From positions 24,500-88,499 of the forward strand of contig CALWOA010000009.1 in NCBI GenBank assembly GCA_944382965.1: DNA of 64,000 nt, in the 5' to 3' direction. Of this stretch, positions 8,521 through 17,922 are shown in pieces; the first letter of the stretch is position 1; each line of letters opens with the position of its first letter. Made by a program: the position numbers and the translations under genes. The notes beneath the pieces were generated by a model that saw only the letters and a program-made list of their open reading frames with translations, had not been told where the DNA came from and searched no databases. Source of the DNA: an uncultured Oscillospiraceae bacterium. Its GTDB lineage: Bacteria > Bacillota > Clostridia > Oscillospirales > Oscillospiraceae.

Positions 8521-9408
8521 CTATGGCTGTTCCTGCCGGAAAACCCGCCGGTAGGCACTGGGCCGAAGGCCGGTATGTTTTTTGAAATGGGCAATAAAAT
8601 TGCTGGCCTCCTGAAAACCGCAGACCTGACCAATCTCCGCCACCGGCTGTTGGGTGGTTCGCAGCAGTACCTTGGACATATTGATCCGGTAAGTGGTCAG
8701 GTAACTGTAGGGCGGAACTCCCATCAGCCGCCGGAAACATCGGATAAAATGGAACTTGGATATGGGAAGGGTTCGAATCATATCGTCAATGGTAATTGGC
8801 TCGCCGTAATGTTCTTTGATGTAGGACACCGCCCAGGAAATTTCCCGTTCGTATGTCCCTTTCTGATCATTTTGTTCCTGGCTCAGTCTGGCATGGAGCA
8901 AATGTGACAACAGCGTGTGGATATGGGCAGAAGTTTCCACACAGCTGCCCATATCGTCCGACTCCGCCAGACGCAGCAGATCCCGGAGGGCTTCCTCAAA
9001 TTCCAGGGGATTTTCCACCATGCTTTGCTGTACCTGGGCAGGATACAGCAGCGGGTAGAGGGCATCTGCGCCGCTTCCTCCAAAATGAAACCACAAAAAT
9101 TCCCACTCTTTACCGCTGCAGCAATATTCATGGGGCTTGTGACAGTCCAGAATCACACAGCTTTCCGGCCCCAGCAATAGACTCACTCCCTGGGTTTTTA
9201 ACGTCCCCTGTCCGGTTCTGGTGTAGAGCAATAAATAGCTATCGTGATACTCCCGTTGAATAATGTAGTTTGGGTCGGCAAGGAAGCACCCGGCCTCCAG
9301 CAGATAAAACGGCAGCGTCCGTACCATTGCAGAGGGGGTTGTTGTGACCCAAATCAAGGTTTTCGCCAAACTGTCAGCAAGAACTTCTCTCCGGGAAGAG
9401 TCGTTCAT
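8521..9408 (-). CDS. AraC-family transcriptional regulator
   Basis: Probable start MNDSSRREV (RBS AAGGAAGG). N-terminal cupin (HEYCC..WEFLWFHF) and C-terminal double HTH (SKFHFIRCFRRLMG; CGFQEASNFIAHFKKHTG). Divergent from the URO-D-like gene. Confidence 0.92.
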   Translation of the reverse strand: MNDSSRREVLADSLAKTLIWVTTTPSAMVRTLPFYLLEAGCFLADPNYIIQREYHDSYLLLYTRTGQGTLKTQGVSLLLGPESCVILDCHKPHEYCCSGKEWEFLWFHFGGSGADALYPLLYPAQVQQSMVENPLEFEEALRDLLRLAESDDMGSCVETSAHIHTLLSHLLHARLSQEQNDQKGTYEREISWAVSYIKEHYGEPITIDDMIRTLPISKFHFIRCFRRLMGVPPYSYLTTYRINMSKVLLRTTQQPVAEIGQVCGFQEASNFIAHFKKHTGLRPSAYRRVFRQEQP

Positions 9409-9622
9409 GGGAATCACGCCTTCCTTTTCATCCTGTTTATATTGTGGCATATTTTTCTTCTCCATGCAAGCAGATCCAAGCAATTTTTTATTATTTCTCA
9501 GCAAGAACCAGCAGTGCTTTTTTTCTTTCCTGCGGTATAATGAACATAACAACAGCCGTGATCACAAGCCGCGGTCAAAACATGGCAGCGCAAACAAATC
9601 AAGTATAGAAAGGACATTCATC

Positions 9623-10888
9623 ATGGAGTATGTAATCTCTCAAGCAGACAAGGCAATCTTGCGGGAAGTTGCCAGAAAGCAGCTGGAACTGGCCAACCAG
9701 GAAAAAAATCAGCAGCGGATTCAGCAGTGGTATCAGCACAACGCCCTTCAGGGAGAGCGCCCCATGGTGCACCTGGAAATGTGGACCTTCGCTCAGGAAA
9801 TTCTTCCCCAGCGGCTGAAATGCCAGGGTGAATTTGCCCGCTGGGTGGAAACTGCCTTGTACTGCAATTTCCTGAACCAGGAGCTATTTGACGACGACCG
9901 GGTGACCCCCGATTATTTCCCCCTGACCTACGACACCTATTTCCATCTGTTTGGTCTGAAAATCAAAATTGAAACTGCCCTGGACGCCCAGGGTCATCAA
10001 AGCGTAGGCCACCAATTCCAGCACATTTTGGAAGATCTGGAAGAGGATTATGACAAACTCAAGCAGAGCGAATTCGGCGTGGATCTGGAAACCACCGAGA
10101 AGAAGCGCCACGCCATCGAAGAGGCCATTGGCGATATTCTTCCCGTGCGGATGCATATGAACTGCCTGACCAGCGTTCCCACCCAGGAGGTGGTGCATTT
10201 CATGGGCATGGAAAACATGATGTACGCCATGTACGACTATCCGGACCTGTTCAAGCAGATGATGAATCGGATTGCAGACGATACCCTGGCTTACTTCCAT
10301 ATGCTGGAAGAAAAGCGTCTGATTCTGCCTACCACCAGCTTCGAAGGAGTTTCCCAGGGCAGCTGGGCTTTCAACCGGGAACTGCCCGGCATAGACGAAT
10401 GGAACAAGCGCCCCTTCACCACCCATGATGTCTGGGGCTTCATGGACTCCCAGGAGAGCGTTGGCATTTCTCCGGCCATGTATGAAGAGTTTATCTTCCC
10501 CTGCTACAAGAAAATTTCCGAGCAGTTTGGTCTGTTCTCCTATGGCTGCTGCGAACCGGTGGACCCCATCTGGGACAACTGCATCAGCAAACTGAAAAAC
10601 CTGCGCAAGGTCTCCATCTCCCCCTGGTGCAACGAGGAGTTCATGGGTGAGCGGCTCCAAGGCATCCGGGTCATTTTCCACAGAAAACCCAGCCCCAATA
10701 TGTTGGGCGTCAACCCGGTGCTGGATGAGGATGAGGTCCGCAAGGCCATCCAGAAGAGCCTTCACGCCGCCCGGGGCTGCAAAATGGAAATCACTCAGCG
10801 CGATGTCTACACCATCCACAATAATGTAGACAAGGCCAGACGCTATGTCCAGATTATCCGGGAGGAAATCGACAAACACTGGAAATAA
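9623..10888 (+). CDS. URO-D/MtaA(CmuA)/CIMS-superfamily-like TIM-barrel protein, function unknown
   Basis: Start MEYVISQADK after RBS GAAAGGA, 421 aa. C-terminal half SQESVGISPAMYEEFIFPCY...SYGCCEPVD...KVSISPW...FHRKPSP resembles URO-D-like proteins; codon usage is coding-like. Confidence 0.7.
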   Translation: MEYVISQADKAILREVARKQLELANQEKNQQRIQQWYQHNALQGERPMVHLEMWTFAQEILPQRLKCQGEFARWVETALYCNFLNQELFDDDRVTPDYFPLTYDTYFHLFGLKIKIETALDAQGHQSVGHQFQHILEDLEEDYDKLKQSEFGVDLETTEKKRHAIEEAIGDILPVRMHMNCLTSVPTQEVVHFMGMENMMYAMYDYPDLFKQMMNRIADDTLAYFHMLEEKRLILPTTSFEGVSQGSWAFNRELPGIDEWNKRPFTTHDVWGFMDSQESVGISPAMYEEFIFPCYKKISEQFGLFSYGCCEPVDPIWDNCISKLKNLRKVSISPWCNEEFMGERLQGIRVIFHRKPSPNMLGVNPVLDEDEVRKAIQKSLHAARGCKMEITQRDVYTIHNNVDKARRYVQIIREEIDKHWK

Positions 10889-10896
10889 AAAATTAC

Positions 10897-10919
10897 CCCA
10901 GCGGCACAAAACCGCTGGG
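10897..10919. terminator. Hairpin between convergent genes
   Basis: CCCAGCGG-N7-CCGCTGGG between the URO-D-like stop and the permease stop. Confidence 0.55.
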
Positions 10920-10941
10920 ATAACTTAAACGCAGGAAAAAA

Positions 10942-11799
10942 TCAGCCCTTCACACCGCCGCCGGTGACACCGGAGATGATCTTCTCGGACAGGAAGATGT
11001 ACAGCAGGAAGGTGGGCAGGAAGACGATCATAACTGCCGCGAACATACCGCCGTAGTTGCCGGTATACTTCATGGAGTTGACGATCTGCAGCAGGCCCAC
11101 GCCGACGGGGGTCATGCTCTCGTCGCTGGTGAAAATCAAAGCCATGAAGAATTCATTCCAGACAGACAGGAAGTTGAAAATCGTAACGGTCACCACCGCA
11201 GGCTGAACCAGCGGCAGCATAATTCTCCAGAAGGTCTGCGCAGGGGGGCAGCCATCCAGGTAGGCTGCTTCCTCATAAGACCGGGACAGGGTGCTGAAGA
11301 AGTCCAGCAGGTACATAGTGGTATAGGGTACCCGCATCAGGATGTACAGCGCAATCAGCAGGATACGGCCCTTCAGGTGCCACTGAACCGCCAGCGTGTA
11401 CAGAGGCATGATGATCATAATAGCCGGTACACTCATGGAAATCAGCAGACCCAGACGAATGGTACGGCTGCAGGTAAAGTTCCAGCGGGACAGTACATAG
11501 GCAGAGGGTGCAGAAATCAGCAGCACACCTGCACAGGATACTGTGGCATAGAGCAGGGAGTTTGCGAAGAAGACAGAGACATTTTGGGTTTGCCAGGCGG
11601 TAATGTAGTTCTCCCAGTGGAAACCAGTGGCGAATTCCAGAACCTTACCGGAAAAGATCTCCCGGGAAGTGGAAAGGCTGGCGCCAAAAACCCAGAAAAC
11701 CATAACCGCGGTAAAGACGCACCACAAAATGACGATAATATAGCCGGGAAGAAGTCTTGCTTCCTTCTTCCAGTTAATTCTTTCGTGATATTTTGCCAT
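10942..11799 (-). CDS. Carbohydrate ABC transporter permease (MalG-type)
   Basis: Six TM segments; EAA loop SYEEAAYLDGC; WNEFFMAL. Confidence 0.95.
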   Translation of the reverse strand: MAKYHERINWKKEARLLPGYIIVILWCVFTAVMVFWVFGASLSTSREIFSGKVLEFATGFHWENYITAWQTQNVSVFFANSLLYATVSCAGVLLISAPSAYVLSRWNFTCSRTIRLGLLISMSVPAIMIIMPLYTLAVQWHLKGRILLIALYILMRVPYTTMYLLDFFSTLSRSYEEAAYLDGCPPAQTFWRIMLPLVQPAVVTVTIFNFLSVWNEFFMALIFTSDESMTPVGVGLLQIVNSMKYTGNYGGMFAAVMIVFLPTFLLYIFLSEKIISGVTGGGVKG

Positions 11800-11811
11800 G
11801 GTGAGCCCTCC

Positions 11812-12705
11812 TTAATATTCCAGGTCTGTATCCTTGAGCATCAGATTCATCACGCCGTAGATGACGATGATAATCAATGTCAGGACAACACCCACAGCAG
11901 CACCGGCGCCGGCATCCCGTTGGGTAATACCCTTGCCGCCAAAGACGATATCGTACAGGTAAATGACAGGTACGATGGTGCTTTCCTCCGTTTCGATGGG
12001 GGCGAACATTTTCGACCACAGGAAGAAGGTTGCTGCGTTAATACTCCAGAAGGTGATAGAGGTTTTGAGGATTCCCTTCATCAGCGGCAGGGTAACCTTG
12101 CTGAACTGGGTAGCTTTGGAAGCGCCGTCCAGGGTTGCCGCCTCGTACAGATCTGCGGGAATGCCTTCGATACCGCTGATATAAATCAGCATATAGTAAC
12201 CTACGCTGCCGAATACATAGGAGATGGTCATGGCCCAGAACTTCATGTCCGTACCCAGCCACTTGACCTTTTCTCCGCCCAGCAGCTCAACCACGTTGTT
12301 GAGCAGGCCGTAGTCAAAGTTGAAGATGTACTGCACCCACATGGTGGCCAGCGCAACTGCGCTGATGATATTGGGCATATAAATGGCTGCCCGGAAGAAT
12401 TTTTTGCCGCGAATACCGCTGGTCAGAATGACCGCGAACAGCATAGCCAGCGCCAGGGTCAGAAGGCCGCCCACGATCCAAATCAGCAGCATGTTCTGCA
12501 TGGATACCCGGAAGCTGTTGCTGCCGAAAATCTTGATATAGTTATCAATGCCGTTGAATTCCCATTTGCTCAGGCTGGCCGTCAGGCTCTCCACCTTGAA
12601 GAAGCTCATGGCAACCGTCCGGATAACCGGATAGACGTATATAATCAGCAGGGACAGTACGGTTGGCAGCATGAACCAGAAAATCAGGGACTTATTCTTT
12701 TTCAT
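11812..12705 (-). CDS. Carbohydrate ABC transporter permease (MalF-type)
   Basis: Probable start MKKNKSLIF (RBS GAGGTG). FFRAAIYMPNIIS; EAA loop LYEAATLDGAS. Confidence 0.95.
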   Translation of the reverse strand: MKKNKSLIFWFMLPTVLSLLIIYVYPVIRTVAMSFFKVESLTASLSKWEFNGIDNYIKIFGSNSFRVSMQNMLLIWIVGGLLTLALAMLFAVILTSGIRGKKFFRAAIYMPNIISAVALATMWVQYIFNFDYGLLNNVVELLGGEKVKWLGTDMKFWAMTISYVFGSVGYYMLIYISGIEGIPADLYEAATLDGASKATQFSKVTLPLMKGILKTSITFWSINAATFFLWSKMFAPIETEESTIVPVIYLYDIVFGGKGITQRDAGAGAAVGVVLTLIIIVIYGVMNLMLKDTDLEY

Positions 12706-12880
12706 TCGGCGATCCACCTCATTCTTCTGCTAGTTTTGATACACAAAAAGTCCTACTTTCCAATCATAGGCTTTCGGCGAAAGGATTCCTGTGAACCTAC
12801 GCCCTAACAGCCATCCGAAAGCAGCACTGTTAGGTGGTATCTTCGTTAGATGTTGAAAAGAGCAACAATCGGGTAAGAAT

Positions 12881-12906
12881 GCGGGCGGCTTTTAACAGCC
12901 GCCCGC
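12881..12906. terminator. Stem-loop between solute-binding protein and permease genes
   Basis: GCGGGCGGCT-N6-AGCCGCCCGC; typical position for an mRNA-stabilising or partial-terminator hairpin. Confidence 0.55.
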
Positions 12907-12920
12907 AAGGAAGAGAATTC

Positions 12921-14222
12921 TTAGTACAGAGCTTGCATGGCGGCGGCAAACTCTTCGCCGGTAGCGAACTTGCCGTCGTACAGGTTGATGCACAGGGTCT
13001 TGATGCTGTCCTTCAGATCGGAGTTAGCCTGCAGGGATGCGCACCAGCTCATGGGGGACTCGGCGTTCAGCAGAACTTCCACAGTGCCGTCCTGCAGAGC
13101 GGGAGCGGTGTTGCGGGAGTCAGCGGGAATCTGCTTGGCAGTATCGGCCATCATCTGATCGAACTCACCGGTGACCAGAGTCATGATGAAGTCGAAAGCA
13201 GCCTGGGGATTCTCGGAGTACTTGGTGATCGCCAGGGAGTTAGCGCCGGCGTAAGTAGCAGAGTTGGCAGCGCCGTCGTCAACAGCGGGGTAGGACATCA
13301 TGCCCCAGTCAACCTCGGTCTGGGTGTTGTTGTTGACCTCAGCGGTAACGTAGTTAGCGCAGACGATCATAGCAGCCAGGCCGTAGCCGATCTTGTTCTG
13401 GCTGGAGGGGAACTCGTCGGGAGCGCCGTCAACCAGGTAGCCAGCGTTAACAAAGTCGATAATATCCTGAGCAGCGGCAGCAACACCGGGCTCCTGATCC
13501 CAACCGCCGTTCAGAGCCAGCTCTTCGATGCGGTCTTCGCCCAGCTGGTGAACCAGGTGATGGTAGAAGGTGAAGTCAGCGTAAGTAGCATCCAGAGCCA
13601 GAGGAGCGATACCAGCGGTCTTCAGAGCTTCGCAGGCAGCCATGAACTCGTCCCAAGTGGTGGGCAGCTCGGTGATGCCGGCAGTCTCGAAGGCAGCCTT
13701 GTCGTAGAAGATACCGCCGACCTGAGGCTGCTCCACGATGGAGTTCAGGTAGCCAACCCAGTCGATCACGGTGTCGTTCAGGCAGGGGTAAGAGAAGGAG
13801 TTGTAGTCAACAGCCTCAGCCATCTCGGTCAGGTCGTAGGTGAAGTCGACATACTGCAGGGCGATACGCTTGTAGTCATCCTCGAAGATGTCGAACTTCT
13901 CGCCAGCTTCCAGAGAAGCGGACAGAACCTGGTTGATGTCACGGCCCTTCCAGACGATTTCCACATGGGCACCGGTCTCGGCTTCGAAAGCCTCGGCAGC
14001 CTTGGCAATCACCTCGCCTTGGGGCTCGGTGGAGTTCCACATAGACCACATGGTCAGGGTAACACCCTCGTACTTCTTGTCGCCGCTGGCAGCAGCTTCA
14101 GTGGAAGTAGCGGGCTTGGTGTCTGCAGCAGCTTGGGTAGTGGCAGTGGGTTCAGCGGCACCGCAGGCAACCAGACCCATAACCATTACGAAAACCAGCA
14201 GCATTGCGATAATCTTCTTCAT
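12921..14222 (-). CDS. Sugar ABC transporter solute-binding lipoprotein
   Basis: Lipobox LVAC, Ala/Thr linker, LTMWSMW, FYDKAAFETAGITELPTTWDEF; codon usage typical of a highly expressed gene. Confidence 0.95.
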   Translation of the reverse strand: MKKIIAMLLVFVMVMGLVACGAAEPTATTQAAADTKPATSTEAAASGDKKYEGVTLTMWSMWNSTEPQGEVIAKAAEAFEAETGAHVEIVWKGRDINQVLSASLEAGEKFDIFEDDYKRIALQYVDFTYDLTEMAEAVDYNSFSYPCLNDTVIDWVGYLNSIVEQPQVGGIFYDKAAFETAGITELPTTWDEFMAACEALKTAGIAPLALDATYADFTFYHHLVHQLGEDRIEELALNGGWDQEPGVAAAAQDIIDFVNAGYLVDGAPDEFPSSQNKIGYGLAAMIVCANYVTAEVNNNTQTEVDWGMMSYPAVDDGAANSATYAGANSLAITKYSENPQAAFDFIMTLVTGEFDQMMADTAKQIPADSRNTAPALQDGTVEVLLNAESPMSWCASLQANSDLKDSIKTLCINLYDGKFATGEEFAAAMQALY

Positions 14223-14725
14223 GATTTTTCCTCCGTTGTAAATATACTTCGGCGTGCGCAGGGAAGCGCCTCGCCGTTATGAATAGAGTATAACACGTTT
14301 TTTCAAAAATTCCAATTTTATTCTTGTCTAATAATTTATTCAAATTGCTTTTTTAAGAAATTATTACAAAGAAATATTGGGCAAGCGGCAGTGCAAATAT
14401 TATCATATCGCACAAATCGTTTCCCAATTCTCGCAAAATACTATAAAAAATGCACGAACATTTCAAAACTGATCAATGATTTTACACTATACAACATGCA
14501 CAAAACACACAGCAATAATTGAACATTTTTAACAAACGTTTTGGCATATTATTCCATTTTTTTCTTAGAAAAATTTGAGAAAATTCATTTTTTAGGACAT
14601 TCATGGGCAGCAGGAGATATCCTGTAAAACATGCCAGGTATCTTTTTCCCGTAGCATTTTCCCCGAAATATGGTATGATGTAGGCAGAAGCAATTGCAAC
14701 GCTTGTCGATTGGAGGGATTATGCT

Positions 14726-15646
14726 ATGAGCAACAAACGGTATAACTTTTCCACTTTGACGGAGGACAGCCGATGCACTGTCTCCCAAGACCCCCCATTT
14801 CTTCACAGGCTTTTGTCCTATGCTGAGCAAACCGCTCCTCTGGAAGCCAGGCTTTTGTATATCACCACCGCAAAATACGAGCGTGACTGGCACAGCAATG
14901 CCCATTCTCATAATTTTTCCGAGCTTTTTTACGTCACCGGCGGTGCCGGACGATTCATGACCCGGGCCATGGAGTTTCCCCTTCAGGAAAACGACCTGGT
15001 GATTATCAACCCCCATGTGGAACACACCGAATACTCCTCAGAGACCAACCCTCTGGAATACATTGTCCTGGGTGTGGACGGACTGTTGTTCACCAATCCG
15101 GATTCCCAGCGTCAGGATTTTTCTGTGCTGCACATTCCACCTACCGGCAGTGAAATCCCCCGGTATATGGAACTTCTTCTTTCTGAGGTGCAGCACAACC
15201 ATATCGGCCAGGATGTGGTCTGCCAGAGCCTGCTGAACATTCTGCTGATTCAGATTCTGCGCAATCAGGAAGTGAAAATCTCCAACGCTGCCGCAGTCAA
15301 TGTCAGTGCCGAATGCAACCTGGTAAAGGCTTATATTGACACCCATTTCAAAGAACCTCTGACACTGGAAGATCTGGCCCAGCAGGCCCATCAGAATAAG
15401 TACTATGTCTCTCATGCTTTCAAGGAGGCCTTCGGCATGTCGCCGATTCAGTATCTGATGTACCGCAGGGTGGAAGAGAGCAAATATCTGCTGGCGGACA
15501 CCAACAGTCCTGTAGCGGAAATTTCCTTCATTGCCGGATTTTCCTCTCCCAGCCATTTTTCCCAGGCCTTCCGCCGACTGGAGGGGGCTACCCCTAACGA
15601 ATACCGCAAGGCAACCCGGAAAGCCAAGTTTGGGAAAAAGCGCTGA
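14726..15646 (+). CDS. AraC-family transcriptional regulator with cupin domain
   Basis: HSHNFSELFYV cupin; HTHs LEDLAQQAHQNKYYVSHAFK and AGFSSPSHFSQAFRRLEG; divergent from the SBP gene. Confidence 0.93.
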   Translation: MSNKRYNFSTLTEDSRCTVSQDPPFLHRLLSYAEQTAPLEARLLYITTAKYERDWHSNAHSHNFSELFYVTGGAGRFMTRAMEFPLQENDLVIINPHVEHTEYSSETNPLEYIVLGVDGLLFTNPDSQRQDFSVLHIPPTGSEIPRYMELLLSEVQHNHIGQDVVCQSLLNILLIQILRNQEVKISNAAAVNVSAECNLVKAYIDTHFKEPLTLEDLAQQAHQNKYYVSHAFKEAFGMSPIQYLMYRRVEESKYLLADTNSPVAEISFIAGFSSPSHFSQAFRRLEGATPNEYRKATRKAKFGKKR

Positions 15647-15671
15647 ATCTGCCAATATCCTGTTCAGTTTT

Positions 15672-15696
15672 TCCGCCCTGCATGATGCAGGGCGGA
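15672..15696. terminator. Hairpin between convergent araC and kdgK
   Basis: TCCGCCCTGCA-TGA-TGCAGGGCGGA, an 11-bp perfect stem. Confidence 0.6.
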
Positions 15697-15724
15697 TATT
15701 ATTATACGTGTGTTGGTTTGTCTG

Positions 15725-16750
15725 TTACCGCTGAATCCGGCCGGAGCCGTCGCCGCCGGCCAGTTTTTCCACTTCCGCAACGGTGACCATGTTGTAGTCG
15801 CCCTCAATGGAATGCTTCAGAGCAGAAGCGGCAACTGCAAATTCCACAGCCTGCTGGGTGGTCTTGCCGCTGAGCAGGGAGTAGATCAGGCCGCCGCCAA
15901 AGCTGTCGCCGCCGCCAACCCGGTCAATGATGTGCAGGTCGTACTTCTTAGAGAAGCAGTATTCGTTGCTTGCAACATCATACAGCATGGCGCTCCAGCC
16001 ATTGTCAAATGCCGAATGACTCTCCCGCAGGGTGATGGCAACCTTTTCAAAGCCAAACTTGTCCGCCAGCTGCTTGGCAACGGATTTGTAGCCCTCATGG
16101 TTCAGGCTGCCGCCGTAAATGTCGGTAGCCTCGGCTTCGATGCCGAACACGTCCTTGGCATCTTCCTCGTTGGAGATGCACACATCTACATACTGACACA
16201 GCTCGGTCATGGCAGCCCGGGCCTGATCCCGGGTCCACAGCTTGCCCCGATAGTTCAGGTCACAGGAAATTTTAATACCCCGGGCCTTGGCAGCCTTGCA
16301 GGCTTCCAGGCACATCTGCACCACATTGGGTCCCAGTGCCGGAGTGATGCCGGTGAAGTGGAACCAGTTGACGCCTTCAAAGATCTTGTCCCAGTCGAAG
16401 TCACTGGGGTCAGCGGTCTGGATGGCGGAATGGGCCCGGTCATAGATGCACACACTGCCCCGCTGGGAGGCACCCTTTTCGTTGAAGTAAATGCCGATCC
16501 GTTCACCGCCCCGAACGATTTTGGAAGTGTCCACACCGTAGCGGCGCAGGGAGTTCACCGCAGCCTGACCGATGGCATGGGCAGGCAGTTTGGTAACATA
16601 GGCCACATCTATGCCGTAGTTAGCCAGGGAAACTGCCACATTGGCTTCACCGCCGCCAAAGGTAAATTCTACATGGTCGCACTGCACAAACCGCTCATAG
16701 TTATACGGCTGAAGCCGGAGCATCAGCTCACCGAAGGTAACAACTTTCAT
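15725..16750 (-). CDS. kdgK: 2-keto-3-deoxygluconate kinase (PfkB family)
   Basis: MKVVTFGELMLRL, GGGEANVAVSLA, DLNYRGKLW, DRVGGGDSFGGG. Confidence 0.93.
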   Translation of the reverse strand: MKVVTFGELMLRLQPYNYERFVQCDHVEFTFGGGEANVAVSLANYGIDVAYVTKLPAHAIGQAAVNSLRRYGVDTSKIVRGGERIGIYFNEKGASQRGSVCIYDRAHSAIQTADPSDFDWDKIFEGVNWFHFTGITPALGPNVVQMCLEACKAAKARGIKISCDLNYRGKLWTRDQARAAMTELCQYVDVCISNEEDAKDVFGIEAEATDIYGGSLNHEGYKSVAKQLADKFGFEKVAITLRESHSAFDNGWSAMLYDVASNEYCFSKKYDLHIIDRVGGGDSFGGGLIYSLLSGKTTQQAVEFAVAASALKHSIEGDYNMVTVAEVEKLAGGDGSGRIQR

Positions 16751-16783
16751 AACCTTTTCTCCTTTTCCTTACTTGATTTATCA

Positions 16784-17743
16784 TTATTTCTGAACCAGAT
16801 GAACGGCAAAACCTGCAAATTCCTCCTGCAGGTAAATGGCTACAGTCTTGCCCTTGGGATTGCACTTGCGGCTGCTTTCGTTAAAAGCAATGCCCTGACG
16901 GCGCAGATATGCCTCCGCCCGCTCCACATTGTTGGCGGCAATGGCGATATGTCCCAGGCGGCCCAGATAGGGCTGCTTCATGCACTCAACGGCGCTGCCA
17001 GCAAAAATGGAGGAATTTCCGGGCTTGTAGTCAAAGCCAAATACGGTGCAGAACAGCTTGGCGGTCTGAACGGCGGCTTCCTCGTTGGCGCAGTTGATGC
17101 CGATGTGCTTCATCTCAAAGCCCAGCATGGTTTTGACCGCTTCCTTGCAGATCCGGGTGATCTCTTCCCACTGCTCATTTTCGATCAGTTCTTTTTTCAC
17201 CATCCAGGTGCCGCCGCAGGCGATGATCCGGTCGAAATTCAGGTAGTCCATCATATTCTTGGTGTTCACGCCGCCGGTGGGCATCCAGCGCAGGCTGCCG
17301 TAGGGGCCAGCCAGAGCCTTCAGCTTGGCAACGCCGCCGTTTTGCTCCGCAGGGAAGAACTTGACCACGTTCAATCCCATGCTCATGGCCTGCTCCATTT
17401 CGCCGGGGGTGGCGGTGCCAGGCATCATGGCTACGCCCTTTTCCAGGACATAGCGGGTGATGTCCGGGTTGAAACCGGGGCTGACAATGAACTGAGAGCC
17501 GGCGGCAATGGCCCGGTCAGCCTGCTCCCGAGTCAGGACGGTACCGGCGCCCACCAACATTTCCGGCACTTCCGCGCAGATGCGGCGGATGGATTCCTCC
17601 GCAGCAGCCGTCCGGAAGGTAACCTCCGCTGCAGGCAGGCCGCCTGCCACCAGGGCCTTAGCCAGAGGGACAGCCTTCTCCGGGTCGTCAATGGCAATGA
17701 CGGGAATGATGCCGATCTCAAAAATGGTTTTCATCAGATCCAT
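16784..17743 (-). CDS. eda: KDPG/KHG aldolase with ~105-aa C-terminal VOC-like extension
   Basis: Start MDLMKTI (RBS AAAGGAG). EVTFRT, GAGTV, Schiff-base VKFFPAEQNGG, MPTGGV; extension begins MKHIGINC and ends FAVHLVQK. Confidence 0.9.
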   Translation of the reverse strand: MDLMKTIFEIGIIPVIAIDDPEKAVPLAKALVAGGLPAAEVTFRTAAAEESIRRICAEVPEMLVGAGTVLTREQADRAIAAGSQFIVSPGFNPDITRYVLEKGVAMMPGTATPGEMEQAMSMGLNVVKFFPAEQNGGVAKLKALAGPYGSLRWMPTGGVNTKNMMDYLNFDRIIACGGTWMVKKELIENEQWEEITRICKEAVKTMLGFEMKHIGINCANEEAAVQTAKLFCTVFGFDYKPGNSSIFAGSAVECMKQPYLGRLGHIAIAANNVERAEAYLRRQGIAFNESSRKCNPKGKTVAIYLQEEFAGFAVHLVQK

Positions 17744-17771
17744 ACCAGATAACTCCTTTGGTTTCACATTG

Positions 17772-17786
17772 TGAAACATCGTTTCG
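17772..17786. promoter_or_regulatory. Putative IclR/KdgR operator downstream of the eda-kdgK promoter
   Basis: TGAAACATCGTTTCG resembles the KdgR box TGAAAC-N3-GTTTCA. Minus-strand promoter TTGCCT-N16-TATAAT at 17828-17801 lies just upstream. Confidence 0.55.
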
Positions 17787-17922
17787 TAATTTACACTTTC
17801 ATTATACCCAATCCGTAAAAATAGGCAAGATGGCGTTTTTATAAAAAAATCCTTGCAGTTTCTGGATAGAATGGTTAATATAAGCCCATGGTTTCATATC
17901 GTAAAACGAAAGAAGGGAAACA

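Noticed and set aside
9623-10888. Bona fide HemE or a corrinoid methyltransferase system
   Set aside because: No HemE N-terminal RQAGR motif and no hem, corrinoid-protein or activator genes nearby; kept only as a superfamily-level call.
14300-14640. AT-rich intergenic region with GCAC(A/G)AA repeats, as a CRISPR array or origin
   Set aside because: The repeats are short, irregularly spaced (about 41 and 46 nt) and there are no cas genes or DnaA-box cluster. Most simply the divergent promoter region of the SBP and AraC genes.
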